From: Acidobacteriota bacterium
GTDB lineage: Bacteria; Acidobacteriota; Vicinamibacteria; Vicinamibacterales; UBA2999
Assembly (NCBI GenBank): GCA_016192845.1
Contig: JACPTI010000091.1
Span: 11,444 to 75,443, forward strand
Length of the DNA stretch: 64,000 nucleotides
Reading direction: 5' to 3'
The position numbers were made by a program, and so were the translations under genes. Positions 43,912 to 52,433 of this stretch are shown piece by piece; position 1 is the first letter of the stretch, and every line of letters begins with the position of its first letter. The notes beneath the pieces are model-generated. The model ran no database searches. It saw nothing but the letters and a program-made list of their open reading frames with translations, and had not been told where the DNA came from.

Positions 43912-45858
43912 TCAGCCTTCCAGATATGTATACCCGTGCAGCCCGTCTTCGTAGAACCGTAGCAGCCGTCCCGCCCCTTCGTAGTCGATCCGGCCGGCGC
44001 GCACGGCGGTCTCCACGTCGGTCCGCAGCTTCCCGAGCAGGATTTCCGCGTCGAACTCCACGTAGTCGAGCACCTCGCGGACCGTGTCGCCCTTGATGAG
44101 CGTATCGAGCCGGACCTCGCCGTTCGGATCGAGGCTGACGTGGACGGCGTGCGTGTCGCCGAACAGATTGTGGAGGTCGCCAAGAATCTCCTGGTACGCC
44201 CCCACGAGGAAGACTCCCAGGTAGTACGGCCCGCCGTTGACGGTGTGGAGCGGCAGCGTCTTCTTGACGTCGCGCCGGTCGACGAAGCGGTCGAGCTTGC
44301 CGTCGGAATCGCACGTGATGTCGCCGAGCACCGCGTGGTTCGCCGGCTTTTCGCCCAGCCGGTGGATCGGCATGACGGGGAAGAGCTGCTTGATCGCCCA
44401 GCTGTCGGGAATCGACTGGAACAGCGAGAAATTGCAGAAATAGGTGTCCGAAAGCTGCTCGTCGAGGTTCTGCAGGTCCTCCGGCACCTCGGCCATCGTC
44501 TGGACGATCTTCTGGAGCTTGGTGCAGATCGCCCAGAAGAGGTTCTCGGCCATACTGCGCTGCTCGAGCGGCAGATACCCGCCGTTGAACAGGCTGATGG
44601 CCATGTCGAGCGACTGCTGCGCGTCGTGGAACGCCTCGAGCGCGTTGCGGGCGGTGACGTTGTTGTAGGTCTCCACCAGGTCGACGAGCGGCTGCTCCCA
44701 GTCCGGGTTGGCGACCGTCGGCACCTGCTCGGCGCCGAACCCCGAGACGCCCAGGACGTTGAAGACGAGCACGCTGTGATAGGCCACTACGGCGCGCCCG
44801 CTCTCCGAGATGATCGTCGGGTGCGGCACCCCGGCCTCGTCGCACACCGTCTGAATGTGATAGACGACGTCGTTGGCATATTCCTCGAGCGTGTAGTTCA
44901 TGCTCGACTCGAAGTTCGTCTGGGAGCCGTCGTAATCGACCCCCAGCCCGCCGCCGACGTCCAGGTACTGCAGCCCGGCTCCCAGCCGGGCGAGCTCCGT
45001 GTACACGCGCGCCGCTTCGTTCAGCGCCCCCTTGACGATGCGGATGTTGGTGATCTGGCTGCCCAGATGGAAGTGGAGCAGTTTGAGGCAATCCTGCATC
45101 CCGCGGGCCTTCAACTCCTCCAGCGCCCGGATGATTTCGGTGACGGTCAGGCCGAACTTGGACCGGAACCCGCCGGACGACTGCCAGCGGCCGCTGCCCC
45201 GGGCGGCCAGCTTGACCCGGACGCCAATCTGAGGCCGGACGCCGATCTTCTCCGCTGCCTCGAGGATGAGGGCGAGCTCGGTGTATTTCTCGACAACCGG
45301 GATGACATTCCGCCCGATCTTGAGGCCGAGCATGGCGGTCTCGATGAACTCGGCGTCCTTGAAGCCGTTGCAGATGATGGGCGTCTCGTTGTCGGCCAGC
45401 GCCACCACGGCCAGCAGCTCGGGCTTCGACCCCGCCTCCAGGCCGAACCGGTACGGGCGGCCGAAGTCGAGCACCTCCTCGACCACCTGCCGCTGCTGGT
45501 TCACCTTGATCGGATAGACGCTGCTGTAGCCGCCCTGGTACTGGTTCTGCGCAATCGCCGCATGAAAGGCCGCATGGATTTCGCCCAGCCGGTGGCGCAG
45601 GATGTCGGTGAAACGGATGAGGACGGGGAGGCTGATGCCGCGCAGCTGCAGCCGGTCGACGAGCTCCTTCAGGTCGATGGCCAGGGCCGGATCCTTGGTG
45701 GGGTGCACGGCGAGGTGGCCGTCGCCGTTGACCGAGAAGTACCCGTGCCCCCAGCGCGCCACTTCGTAGAGCTCGCTGGCGTCATGCACGCTCCAGGCAC
45801 GGGTCGACGAGGTGCTCGCCACGTCCAGCGACGAGCGCCCGTTGGTCATCGTGCTCAT
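43912..45858 (-). CDS. speA: Biosynthetic arginine decarboxylase
   Basis: ..YPIKVNQQ.. (PLP lysine context), GGGLGVDYDG, C-terminal ..HGYTYLEG. ATG at 45858 (or 45849). Confidence 0.9.
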   Translation of the reverse strand: MSTMTNGRSSLDVASTSSTRAWSVHDASELYEVARWGHGYFSVNGDGHLAVHPTKDPALAIDLKELVDRLQLRGISLPVLIRFTDILRHRLGEIHAAFHAAIAQNQYQGGYSSVYPIKVNQQRQVVEEVLDFGRPYRFGLEAGSKPELLAVVALADNETPIICNGFKDAEFIETAMLGLKIGRNVIPVVEKYTELALILEAAEKIGVRPQIGVRVKLAARGSGRWQSSGGFRSKFGLTVTEIIRALEELKARGMQDCLKLLHFHLGSQITNIRIVKGALNEAARVYTELARLGAGLQYLDVGGGLGVDYDGSQTNFESSMNYTLEEYANDVVYHIQTVCDEAGVPHPTIISESGRAVVAYHSVLVFNVLGVSGFGAEQVPTVANPDWEQPLVDLVETYNNVTARNALEAFHDAQQSLDMAISLFNGGYLPLEQRSMAENLFWAICTKLQKIVQTMAEVPEDLQNLDEQLSDTYFCNFSLFQSIPDSWAIKQLFPVMPIHRLGEKPANHAVLGDITCDSDGKLDRFVDRRDVKKTLPLHTVNGGPYYLGVFLVGAYQEILGDLHNLFGDTHAVHVSLDPNGEVRLDTLIKGDTVREVLDYVEFDAEILLGKLRTDVETAVRAGRIDYEGAGRLLRFYEDGLHGYTYLEG

Positions 45859-45952
45859 CCGCCGGTCGGACAGGTCATCGCTGCTGGACGATCGTTCACA
45901 GTTACAGAGTAAGGCTTCTTGTTCGAATCGAAAAGAGGAAAAATGAGGCGCG

Positions 45953-46366
45953 ATGCCTGAACGCGTGCCGGCCATCAAGCTGGTTCTGCTGCCGAAGGAC
46001 ACCAACGCCTACGGGACGATCTTCGGCGGCGTGATCCTGTCGCACATCGACCTGGCGTCGGCGGTGGAGGCGCGGAAGACGGCGCCGCACCGCTACGTCA
46101 CGCGCGCAATGCGCGAGGTGGAGTTCCACGAACCGGTCTTCCTGGGGGACATCGTCAGCTTCTATACGGAGACGGTGCGGGTCGGCCGGACCTCGATTAC
46201 GGTGCGGGTGTCGGTGGAAGCAGAGCGGTGGGGCGTGCCGCCCGGCGCGCCGCGCGGCGTCGGGCACGGCGAGCGGGTCAAGGTGACGGAGGCGGAGGTC
46301 GTGCTCGTCGCGGTCGACGACCGCTGGCGGCCGGTGCCGATCCGGCCGGAGCCCATGCAGGCCTGA
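45953..46366 (+). CDS. Hot-dog fold acyl-CoA thioesterase (YciA-like)
   Basis: ..LLPKDTNAYGTIFGGVILSHIDLA...EVEFHEPVFLGDIV.. Confidence 0.8.
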   Translation: MPERVPAIKLVLLPKDTNAYGTIFGGVILSHIDLASAVEARKTAPHRYVTRAMREVEFHEPVFLGDIVSFYTETVRVGRTSITVRVSVEAERWGVPPGAPRGVGHGERVKVTEAEVVLVAVDDRWRPVPIRPEPMQA

Positions 46367-46387
46367 AAAACAAGGAAAATAAGGGCA

Positions 46388-47695
46388 ATGAAATGGGTCT
46401 CGACCAGGCGCGCGTCGCCGCCGGTCCCGTTCATCGACGCGCTGTTTGCGGGCACCGCGCCTGACGGCGGCCTGTACTTTCCCGAACGCTTCGAGCCGCT
46501 CCCCGCGCCGACCCTCGAGCACCTGCGCTCCGCCGACCTGGTGACGATCGGCACAGTCGTTGGCACCCACCTGCTGGCCGGCGACATCTCCGAGCGGAAC
46601 ATGGGAGCGCTCGTCCGCGACGCGCTCGACTTTCCCATCCCGCTCGTCCAGGTCACCGCGCAGGTGTGGGCGCTCGAGTTGTTTCACGGGCCGACGCTCG
46701 CCTTCAAGGACGTGGGCGCCCGCACCCAGGCGCGCCTGCTGCATCATTTCACTGATGGCACGCCGCTCACGATTCTCGTGGCCACCTCCGGCGACACGGG
46801 AAGTGCCGTCGCGCAGGCGTTCTACCGCGTGCCGGACTCGCGCGTCTTCGTGCTCTATCCGGCAGGGCAGGTCAGCGACGTCCAGGAAGCGCAGATGGCA
46901 TCGCTCGGCGGCAACATCACGGCGGTCGCGGTCGCCGGCACCTTCGACGACTGCCAGCGGCTCGTCAAGGAGGCATTTGCCGACGACGAACTGCGGAAGA
47001 GGGTGTGGTTGACACCGGCTAACTCCATAAATCTGGGGAGGTTATTGCCACAGGCGTTCTATTACTTCCTGGTGGCGCGGCTTGGTCCGGCTGAAGCCGG
47101 ACGCCACGACGCCACGACCGGGCCGATTATCTCGGTCCCAAGCGGCAATTTCGGCAATCTGACTGCCGGTCTCATCGCCAAGCGCATCGGGCTGCGGGTC
47201 CGCCGGTTCGTCGCGGCCACCAATGTCAACGACGTGGTCCCGGAGTATCTCCGGTCCGGCATCTACGAGCCGCGGCCGTCGGTTCGGACCGTCGCGAACG
47301 CGATGGATGTCGGGGCGCCGAGCAACTTCGAGCGGATGCGCGCCATGTACGACGACGATCTCGACCGCATGCGCGAGGACGTCGTCGGCGCCGCGTTCGA
47401 GGATACCCGGGTCGTGTCCGAGATCGGCCGGGTGTACAAGGAGTTCGGGTATCTGCTCGACCCGCACGGCGCGATCGCATGGCTTGGCCTGCAGCAGGTC
47501 CTGGCTACCGAGCCGAACGCGTTTGGCGTTTTTCTTGCCACGGCGCATCCGGCCAAGTTCCGCGAGGTCGTGGAGCCGGCGATCGGCAGGGAGGTCCCGC
47601 TGCCGCCGACGCTGGCCGAGGCGCTGGCGCGGCCGCGCCACGCCGAGCGCCTGCCGGTGAGCTATCCGGCGCTCGTCGACCTCATCCTGAAGTGA
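46388..47695 (+). CDS. thrC: Threonine synthase
   Basis: FHGPTLAFKDVGAR (PLP lysine), ..VPSGNFGNL.. Confidence 0.9.
   Translation: MKWVSTRRASPPVPFIDALFAGTAPDGGLYFPERFEPLPAPTLEHLRSADLVTIGTVVGTHLLAGDISERNMGALVRDALDFPIPLVQVTAQVWALELFHGPTLAFKDVGARTQARLLHHFTDGTPLTILVATSGDTGSAVAQAFYRVPDSRVFVLYPAGQVSDVQEAQMASLGGNITAVAVAGTFDDCQRLVKEAFADDELRKRVWLTPANSINLGRLLPQAFYYFLVARLGPAEAGRHDATTGPIISVPSGNFGNLTAGLIAKRIGLRVRRFVAATNVNDVVPEYLRSGIYEPRPSVRTVANAMDVGAPSNFERMRAMYDDDLDRMREDVVGAAFEDTRVVSEIGRVYKEFGYLLDPHGAIAWLGLQQVLATEPNAFGVFLATAHPAKFREVVEPAIGREVPLPPTLAEALARPRHAERLPVSYPALVDLILK
47085..47107. repeat. REP-like palindrome in-frame inside thrC
   Basis: GTCCGGCTGAAGCCGGACGCCAC, translated as GPAEAGRH between ..YYFLVARL and ..TTGPIISVPSGNFGN. 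Confidence 0.85.
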
Positions 47696-47697
47696 CG

Positions 47698-49545
47698 ATG
47701 CCGCCGGTCGACACGTTCCGTCCCGAACCCGGGGTCCTCCGCCCGCGCGAGGAAATCCCGCCGCGCTACAAGTGGGACCTCACGGCCATCTGCCGAGACT
47801 GGGACGACTGGGAGCGCAGCTACCGGCAGCTGGACGCGGCGATCGAGTCGTTCAAGACGTTCCGGGGGACGCTCGCCGAGGGACCCGACCGGCTGCTCGC
47901 CGCGTACCGCGCGCTGGATGAGATGGGCGCGCTTGCCTATCGCGCCTGGTACTACGCGGCGCTCCAGTACGACCAGGACCAGCGCGACAACACCATCAAC
48001 GCGCGGCGGCAGCAAGTGCAGATTCTGTTCGCCCGCCAGCAGCAGGCGAGCTCCTGGTTCAATCCGGAGCTGCTGGCGATTCTGATCGAGACGATCCGCG
48101 GCTGGCTCGACGCCCGCTCGGACCTCGCGGTGTACCGGTTCGCGATCGAGAGCCTGTTTCACGAGCAGGAGCACGTGCTCGACGAAAAAGGGGAGCGCCT
48201 CATGTCGTACGCGGGGCGTTTCAACAGCGTGCCGCACGACAGCTACGCCGCGCTGACGACCGCCGACATGACGTTTCCCTCGATCACGCTCAGCACGGGT
48301 GAGCGGATCACGCTGAGCTACGGCCAGTACCGGACCGTGCTCGAGACGAACCGCGTGCAGGAGGATCGGGCGGCCGCCTATCGCGCGTTCCACCGCGCCT
48401 ACGCGGACAACCAGAACACCTATGCCGCGCTCTACAACGGCGTGCTGCAGCGCGACTGGTTTCACGCGCGGGCGCGCAGCTACCGGACGACCCTCGACGC
48501 GGCGCTGCACGGCCACAACATTCCGCCGGCGGTCGTGGAGAATCTGATCGCGGTGACGCGCGCGGGGGTGGAGCCGCTGCGCCGCTATCACCGCCTGCGC
48601 CGCCGAACGCTCGGGCTCGAGACGTACCGCCCGTTCGACGTCTTCGTTCCGCTCGTCGACTACGACGCCCGCTATCCGTACGACGAGGTGGGCGGCTGGA
48701 TCGTCGATTCGGCGGCGCCGCTCGGCCGCGAGTACCAGCAGCAGGTGCGGCGCGCGTTCGAGGAAGGGTGGATCGACGTGTTCGAGAACGCGGGCAAGCG
48801 GCACGGCGCCTACTCGGCACCCGTCTACGGCGCGCACCCGTACATGCTGCTCAACTACAACGAGACGCTCGATGCGGTGTTCACGCTCGCGCACGAGATG
48901 GGCCACTCGATGCACACGCTGCTGTCGCACCGGACGCAGCCGTTCGTGTACGCGGGCTACACGATTTTCGTGGCCGAGGTGCCGTCCACGCTGAGCGAGG
49001 CGCTGTTCCTCGATCTGATGCTCGAGCGCGCGAGGTCGAGGGACGAACGGATCGTGCTGCTGCAGCACGCCATCGACAGCATCGCCGGCACCTTCTACAC
49101 GCAGGTGCTCTTCGCCGACTTCGAGCTGCAGGCGCATCGTCTCGTCGAGCAAGACCAGCCGGTCACAGCCGACACGCTCAACGGGATGTTCCGCACGCTG
49201 GTCGGCGAGTACTACGGCGACGCGCTGGACGAGGAGGAGATCTCGCGCGTGACGTGGGCGCGCATCCCGCACTTCTTCAGCACGCCGTACTACGTCTACC
49301 AGTACGCGACCTGTTTTGCGTCGACGGCGAAGCTGATGCAGGACCTGCGCGCGACCGATCCCGGACGACGCGACCAGGGGGTGGAGCGCTATCTTTCGCT
49401 GCTGCGCGCGGGCGGGAGCGACTATCCGATGAACCTGCTCGGGCGGGCCGGTGTCGACCTGAGCCAGCCCGACACGGTGCGCGCGGTGGCGATCGAGCTG
49501 GATGGGCTCGTGGCAAGACTGGAACGGGAACTTCAGGGTTCGTAG
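47698..49545 (+). CDS. pepF: Oligoendopeptidase F (M3B)
   Basis: HEMGHSMH zinc motif. The ATG at 47698 is 2 nt after the thrC stop. Confidence 0.9.
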   Translation: MPPVDTFRPEPGVLRPREEIPPRYKWDLTAICRDWDDWERSYRQLDAAIESFKTFRGTLAEGPDRLLAAYRALDEMGALAYRAWYYAALQYDQDQRDNTINARRQQVQILFARQQQASSWFNPELLAILIETIRGWLDARSDLAVYRFAIESLFHEQEHVLDEKGERLMSYAGRFNSVPHDSYAALTTADMTFPSITLSTGERITLSYGQYRTVLETNRVQEDRAAAYRAFHRAYADNQNTYAALYNGVLQRDWFHARARSYRTTLDAALHGHNIPPAVVENLIAVTRAGVEPLRRYHRLRRRTLGLETYRPFDVFVPLVDYDARYPYDEVGGWIVDSAAPLGREYQQQVRRAFEEGWIDVFENAGKRHGAYSAPVYGAHPYMLLNYNETLDAVFTLAHEMGHSMHTLLSHRTQPFVYAGYTIFVAEVPSTLSEALFLDLMLERARSRDERIVLLQHAIDSIAGTFYTQVLFADFELQAHRLVEQDQPVTADTLNGMFRTLVGEYYGDALDEEEISRVTWARIPHFFSTPYYVYQYATCFASTAKLMQDLRATDPGRRDQGVERYLSLLRAGGSDYPMNLLGRAGVDLSQPDTVRAVAIELDGLVARLERELQGS

Positions 49546-49557
49546 CGTCCGGCACGC

Positions 49558-49689
49558 GTGGCGTCCGGATTTGAGCGTTTTTCACGTCGACGTACCACCG
49601 AGACACCGAGACACCGAGGAAATTCCAATTTGGCCCTCGGTGCCTCGGAGTCTCGGTGTTCCGTGAGGCGAAAAGCGGTGTAGCCGGAC
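49558..49689. repeat. Composite element: octamer-arm hairpin (49581-49666) sitting between the two halves of a REP-like palindrome
   Basis: GTGGCGTCCGG (49558-49568) ... [TTCACG..CACCGAGA x2 + CACCGAGG / loop / CCTCGGTG CCTCGGAG TCTCGGTG ..CCGTGA] ... AGCCGGAC (49682-49689). It lies between convergent pepF and the histidine kinase gene. Confidence 0.85.
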
Positions 49690-49692
49690 CAG

Positions 49693-51033
49693 TCAGACGA
49701 GGCGCGGTAGGCGCACCAGCACCTCCGTCCCCTGGCCCGCGGTGCTCTGGCACGCGATGCGCCCACCGTGCGCTTCGACGATCCACTTGGCGATTGCCAG
49801 CCCCAGGCCGGCGCCGCCGGCGTGCGCCGAGCGCGCCCTGTCCGCGCGGTAGAAGCGCTCGAAGATGCGCGGCAGATCGTCGGCCGCGATGCCCGTGCCG
49901 GTGTCCCGGACGCGCAGGCACGCGTCGTTCCCCTCCGGCCATACCTCGACGCTCACCTGTCCGCCGTCCCGGTTGTACTGGATCGCGTTCGAGAACAGGT
50001 TCGTCACCAGATCGGTCAGCCGGTCGCGATCGCCGACGACGGTGGCCGCGTCGAGCCGCATCTCGATGGTGACGTGCTTCTGCTCGGCGAGCGGCCGCAC
50101 GATCGCGAGCGCGTCGCCGACGACCGGCGCAAGGCCGACCGCGGCGCGCTGGAGCGACATGGCGGCGCTGTCGGCGCGCGCCAGCGTCAGCAGCCGCTCG
50201 ACGACGCGGCGCATCCGATCGGCCGCCCGTTTCGCGGTCTCGAGGCACCGGCGGTACTCCTCGCCCGACCGCTCGCGCGCGAGCGCCCATTCGATCTCGG
50301 CGGAAATCGTGGCGAGCGGCGTGCGCAGCTCGTGGGAGGCGTCGGCCGTGAACCGCCGCTCGTTCTCGAGCGCCAGGTGCAGGCGGTCGAACGCCTGGTT
50401 GAGCGCGAGCGCCACCTGCTCGAGCTCGTTCTCCGTCCGCTCGACGGCAATGCGCGCGGTCAGGTCGCCGGCCGCCATGGCGGCCGCCGCCTGGCTGATG
50501 CGGCTGACCGGGGCGAGCGCGCGGCCGACCAGAAACCAGCCGCCGACGAGCGACAGGACGAGCGCCGTGACGCCGCCCGCCGCGGCCGTCCACGCAAACG
50601 CCCGCACGTCCCGGCGGGCGTCTGCGAGGTCGCGGCCCACGAGCACGATGGCGTCGTCTGCGCCCCTTACCACCAGCTCCCGCCGCCCGTCGCGCGTGCG
50701 CGTGGCAGGCGCCGCGGGCACCGGGACCTCGAACTCGCCGGCCGATCGATCCACGAGCTCGCCCCCGCGCGTCCAGACGGCGTAGTACGTCTGCGGCAGC
50801 GCGGCGCCCTCCACCTGCCGGTACTCCGGCGGGAGGACGAGATCGAACTCGCTGGAGGCGGTCGGCCGCAACCCCTCGACGAGCGCCGCGGCGCTCGCCT
50901 GCAGCTCCTCGTCGATGTCGGCGACGAGCGAGCGCCAGAAGAGGAAGCAGACGGTCGCGGCAAAGGTCGCGATGATGACCGCGAGAATGAGCGTGTACCA
51001 GAGCAGCAGCCGCGCCCGGAGCGAGCTAACCAT
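49693..51033 (-). CDS. Sensor histidine kinase (TM-HAMP-HisKA-HATPase)
   Basis: H-box ASHELRTPLA, NAIQYN, DTGTGI, GGAGLGLAIAK. Confidence 0.85.
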   Translation of the reverse strand: MVSSLRARLLLWYTLILAVIIATFAATVCFLFWRSLVADIDEELQASAAALVEGLRPTASSEFDLVLPPEYRQVEGAALPQTYYAVWTRGGELVDRSAGEFEVPVPAAPATRTRDGRRELVVRGADDAIVLVGRDLADARRDVRAFAWTAAAGGVTALVLSLVGGWFLVGRALAPVSRISQAAAAMAAGDLTARIAVERTENELEQVALALNQAFDRLHLALENERRFTADASHELRTPLATISAEIEWALARERSGEEYRRCLETAKRAADRMRRVVERLLTLARADSAAMSLQRAAVGLAPVVGDALAIVRPLAEQKHVTIEMRLDAATVVGDRDRLTDLVTNLFSNAIQYNRDGGQVSVEVWPEGNDACLRVRDTGTGIAADDLPRIFERFYRADRARSAHAGGAGLGLAIAKWIVEAHGGRIACQSTAGQGTEVLVRLPRLV

Positions 51034-51682
51034 CGACGATGTACCCCTCCCCGCGGCGGGTGCGAATGACGTCGGGCCCGAGCTTCCGGCGCAGCGCCGC
51101 CACGTGCACGTCGACGACGTTGGAGAGCACGTCGGTGTCCTCGTCGTAGATGTGCTCGCAGATCGTCGATCTGGCCACGACGGCGCCGCGGGAGCGGGTC
51201 AGGAGCTCCAGGATCGCGAACTCGCGCGCCGTCAGCTCCACAGGCGTGCCCGCGCGCCACACCTGCCGCGCGGCCGTGTCGATCGTGATCTCGCCGAGCT
51301 GAACGGTGGAGGCGGGATTACCGTACACGCGCCGGATCATCGCGCGTACGCGCGCCACGAGTTCGACGAGCGCAAACGGCTTCGTGAGGTAGTCATCCGC
51401 GCCGAGATTGAGGCCGCGGACGCGCTCGTCGATGGTGTCGCGCGCGGTCAGCACGAGGACCGGCGTCCGAATGCCGGCGCCGCGCGCGGCCTGCAGCACG
51501 CCCCAGCCGTCGAGGCGCGGCAGCATCAGATCGAGGATCACCGCGTCGTACGACAGCTCGCGGATCTTGAAGAGGCCCTCTTCGCCGTCTTCCGCGAGGT
51601 CGACCGCAAACTCCTCTTCCTCGAGCGCGCGCCTCAGCGTCTGGGCGAGATCGCGTTCGTCCTCGACGACGAGAACCCTCAC
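51026..51682 (-). CDS. OmpR-family response regulator
   Basis: VLVVEDE.., ILDLMLP, C-terminal wHTH ..RTRRGEGYIV. The proposed GTG at 51682 overlaps the upstream stop (GTGA). Confidence 0.85.
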   Translation of the reverse strand: MRVLVVEDERDLAQTLRRALEEEEFAVDLAEDGEEGLFKIRELSYDAVILDLMLPRLDGWGVLQAARGAGIRTPVLVLTARDTIDERVRGLNLGADDYLTKPFALVELVARVRAMIRRVYGNPASTVQLGEITIDTAARQVWRAGTPVELTAREFAILELLTRSRGAVVARSTICEHIYDEDTDVLSNVVDVHVAALRRKLGPDVIRTRRGEGYIVDG

Positions 51683-52335
51683 CGGTTGCGCCTCCGGTCC
51701 TCTTCCGGCTCGACGCGGAAGTCGTCGAACCATGCCGTCGCGCCGCCGCCCGACCAGACGCCGGCGCGCCCGCCCTCCGTGAAGGTCCGGTCGCGCACCC
51801 GCATCACCCCGATGCCCCCCAGCGACACGCGGATGTCGTCGTCATCCTGGACGACGCGGAGGCTGTGCCAGGCCGAGTCGTCGAGCTCGAGCTCGTCCTC
51901 CTCGTCGAGGCGGATCCGGTTGCCGCGGACGACGCGGTACAGGGCGAGCTCCTGCGCGCGCAGGTCGAGCGCGGCGACGTAGAAGTTCTCGGCGTCCTGG
52001 TAGCGCCAGACGAGGCCGCCGACGCGCTCGCCGCCGGTCAGCTTGAGCCGGACCGACGCGCGCATCTGCGCGGGATGCGGCGTCTCGAGCACGGCAAGCG
52101 CGAAGCCGCCCGCACCCGCCGGGTCGGCCAGATGCGTCAGGTAATGGTTGGATCCTTCGGCGCGGACGAGCCAGCGCCCCGGCGTCTGCTGCCGCGCCAC
52201 CGCGAACGCAAAGCCCTGTGGCGGTGCGCCGATCGAGTCATCGTCGAACGTGCGCACGGCGACCTGCGCGCTCGCCGCGGCGATCGCCAGTGCCGTGGCC
52301 GCCACGATCGTCAGTGGCGTTCGAAGGTGGGTCAC
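51679..52335 (-). CDS. Secreted beta-sandwich (LamG/DUF1080-like) protein, first gene of the RR/HK operon
   Basis: Signal peptide MTHLRTPLTIVAATALAIAAASAQ. ..GLVWRYQDAENFYVAALD...WHSLRVV..D..I.V...G..AWFDDFRVEP. Confidence 0.5.
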   Translation of the reverse strand: MTHLRTPLTIVAATALAIAAASAQVAVRTFDDDSIGAPPQGFAFAVARQQTPGRWLVRAEGSNHYLTHLADPAGAGGFALAVLETPHPAQMRASVRLKLTGGERVGGLVWRYQDAENFYVAALDLRAQELALYRVVRGNRIRLDEEDELELDDSAWHSLRVVQDDDDIRVSLGGIGVMRVRDRTFTEGGRAGVWSGGGATAWFDDFRVEPEEDRRRNR

Positions 52336-52433
52336 GGGATCGGTCGATTGTAGCCGACCTCACGGGCAACGGCAGCGCGGGCGTCTCTTCATCGTGCCTT
52401 CATGTTCGGTCGACTACGCTGAGGCGTCCCTCG

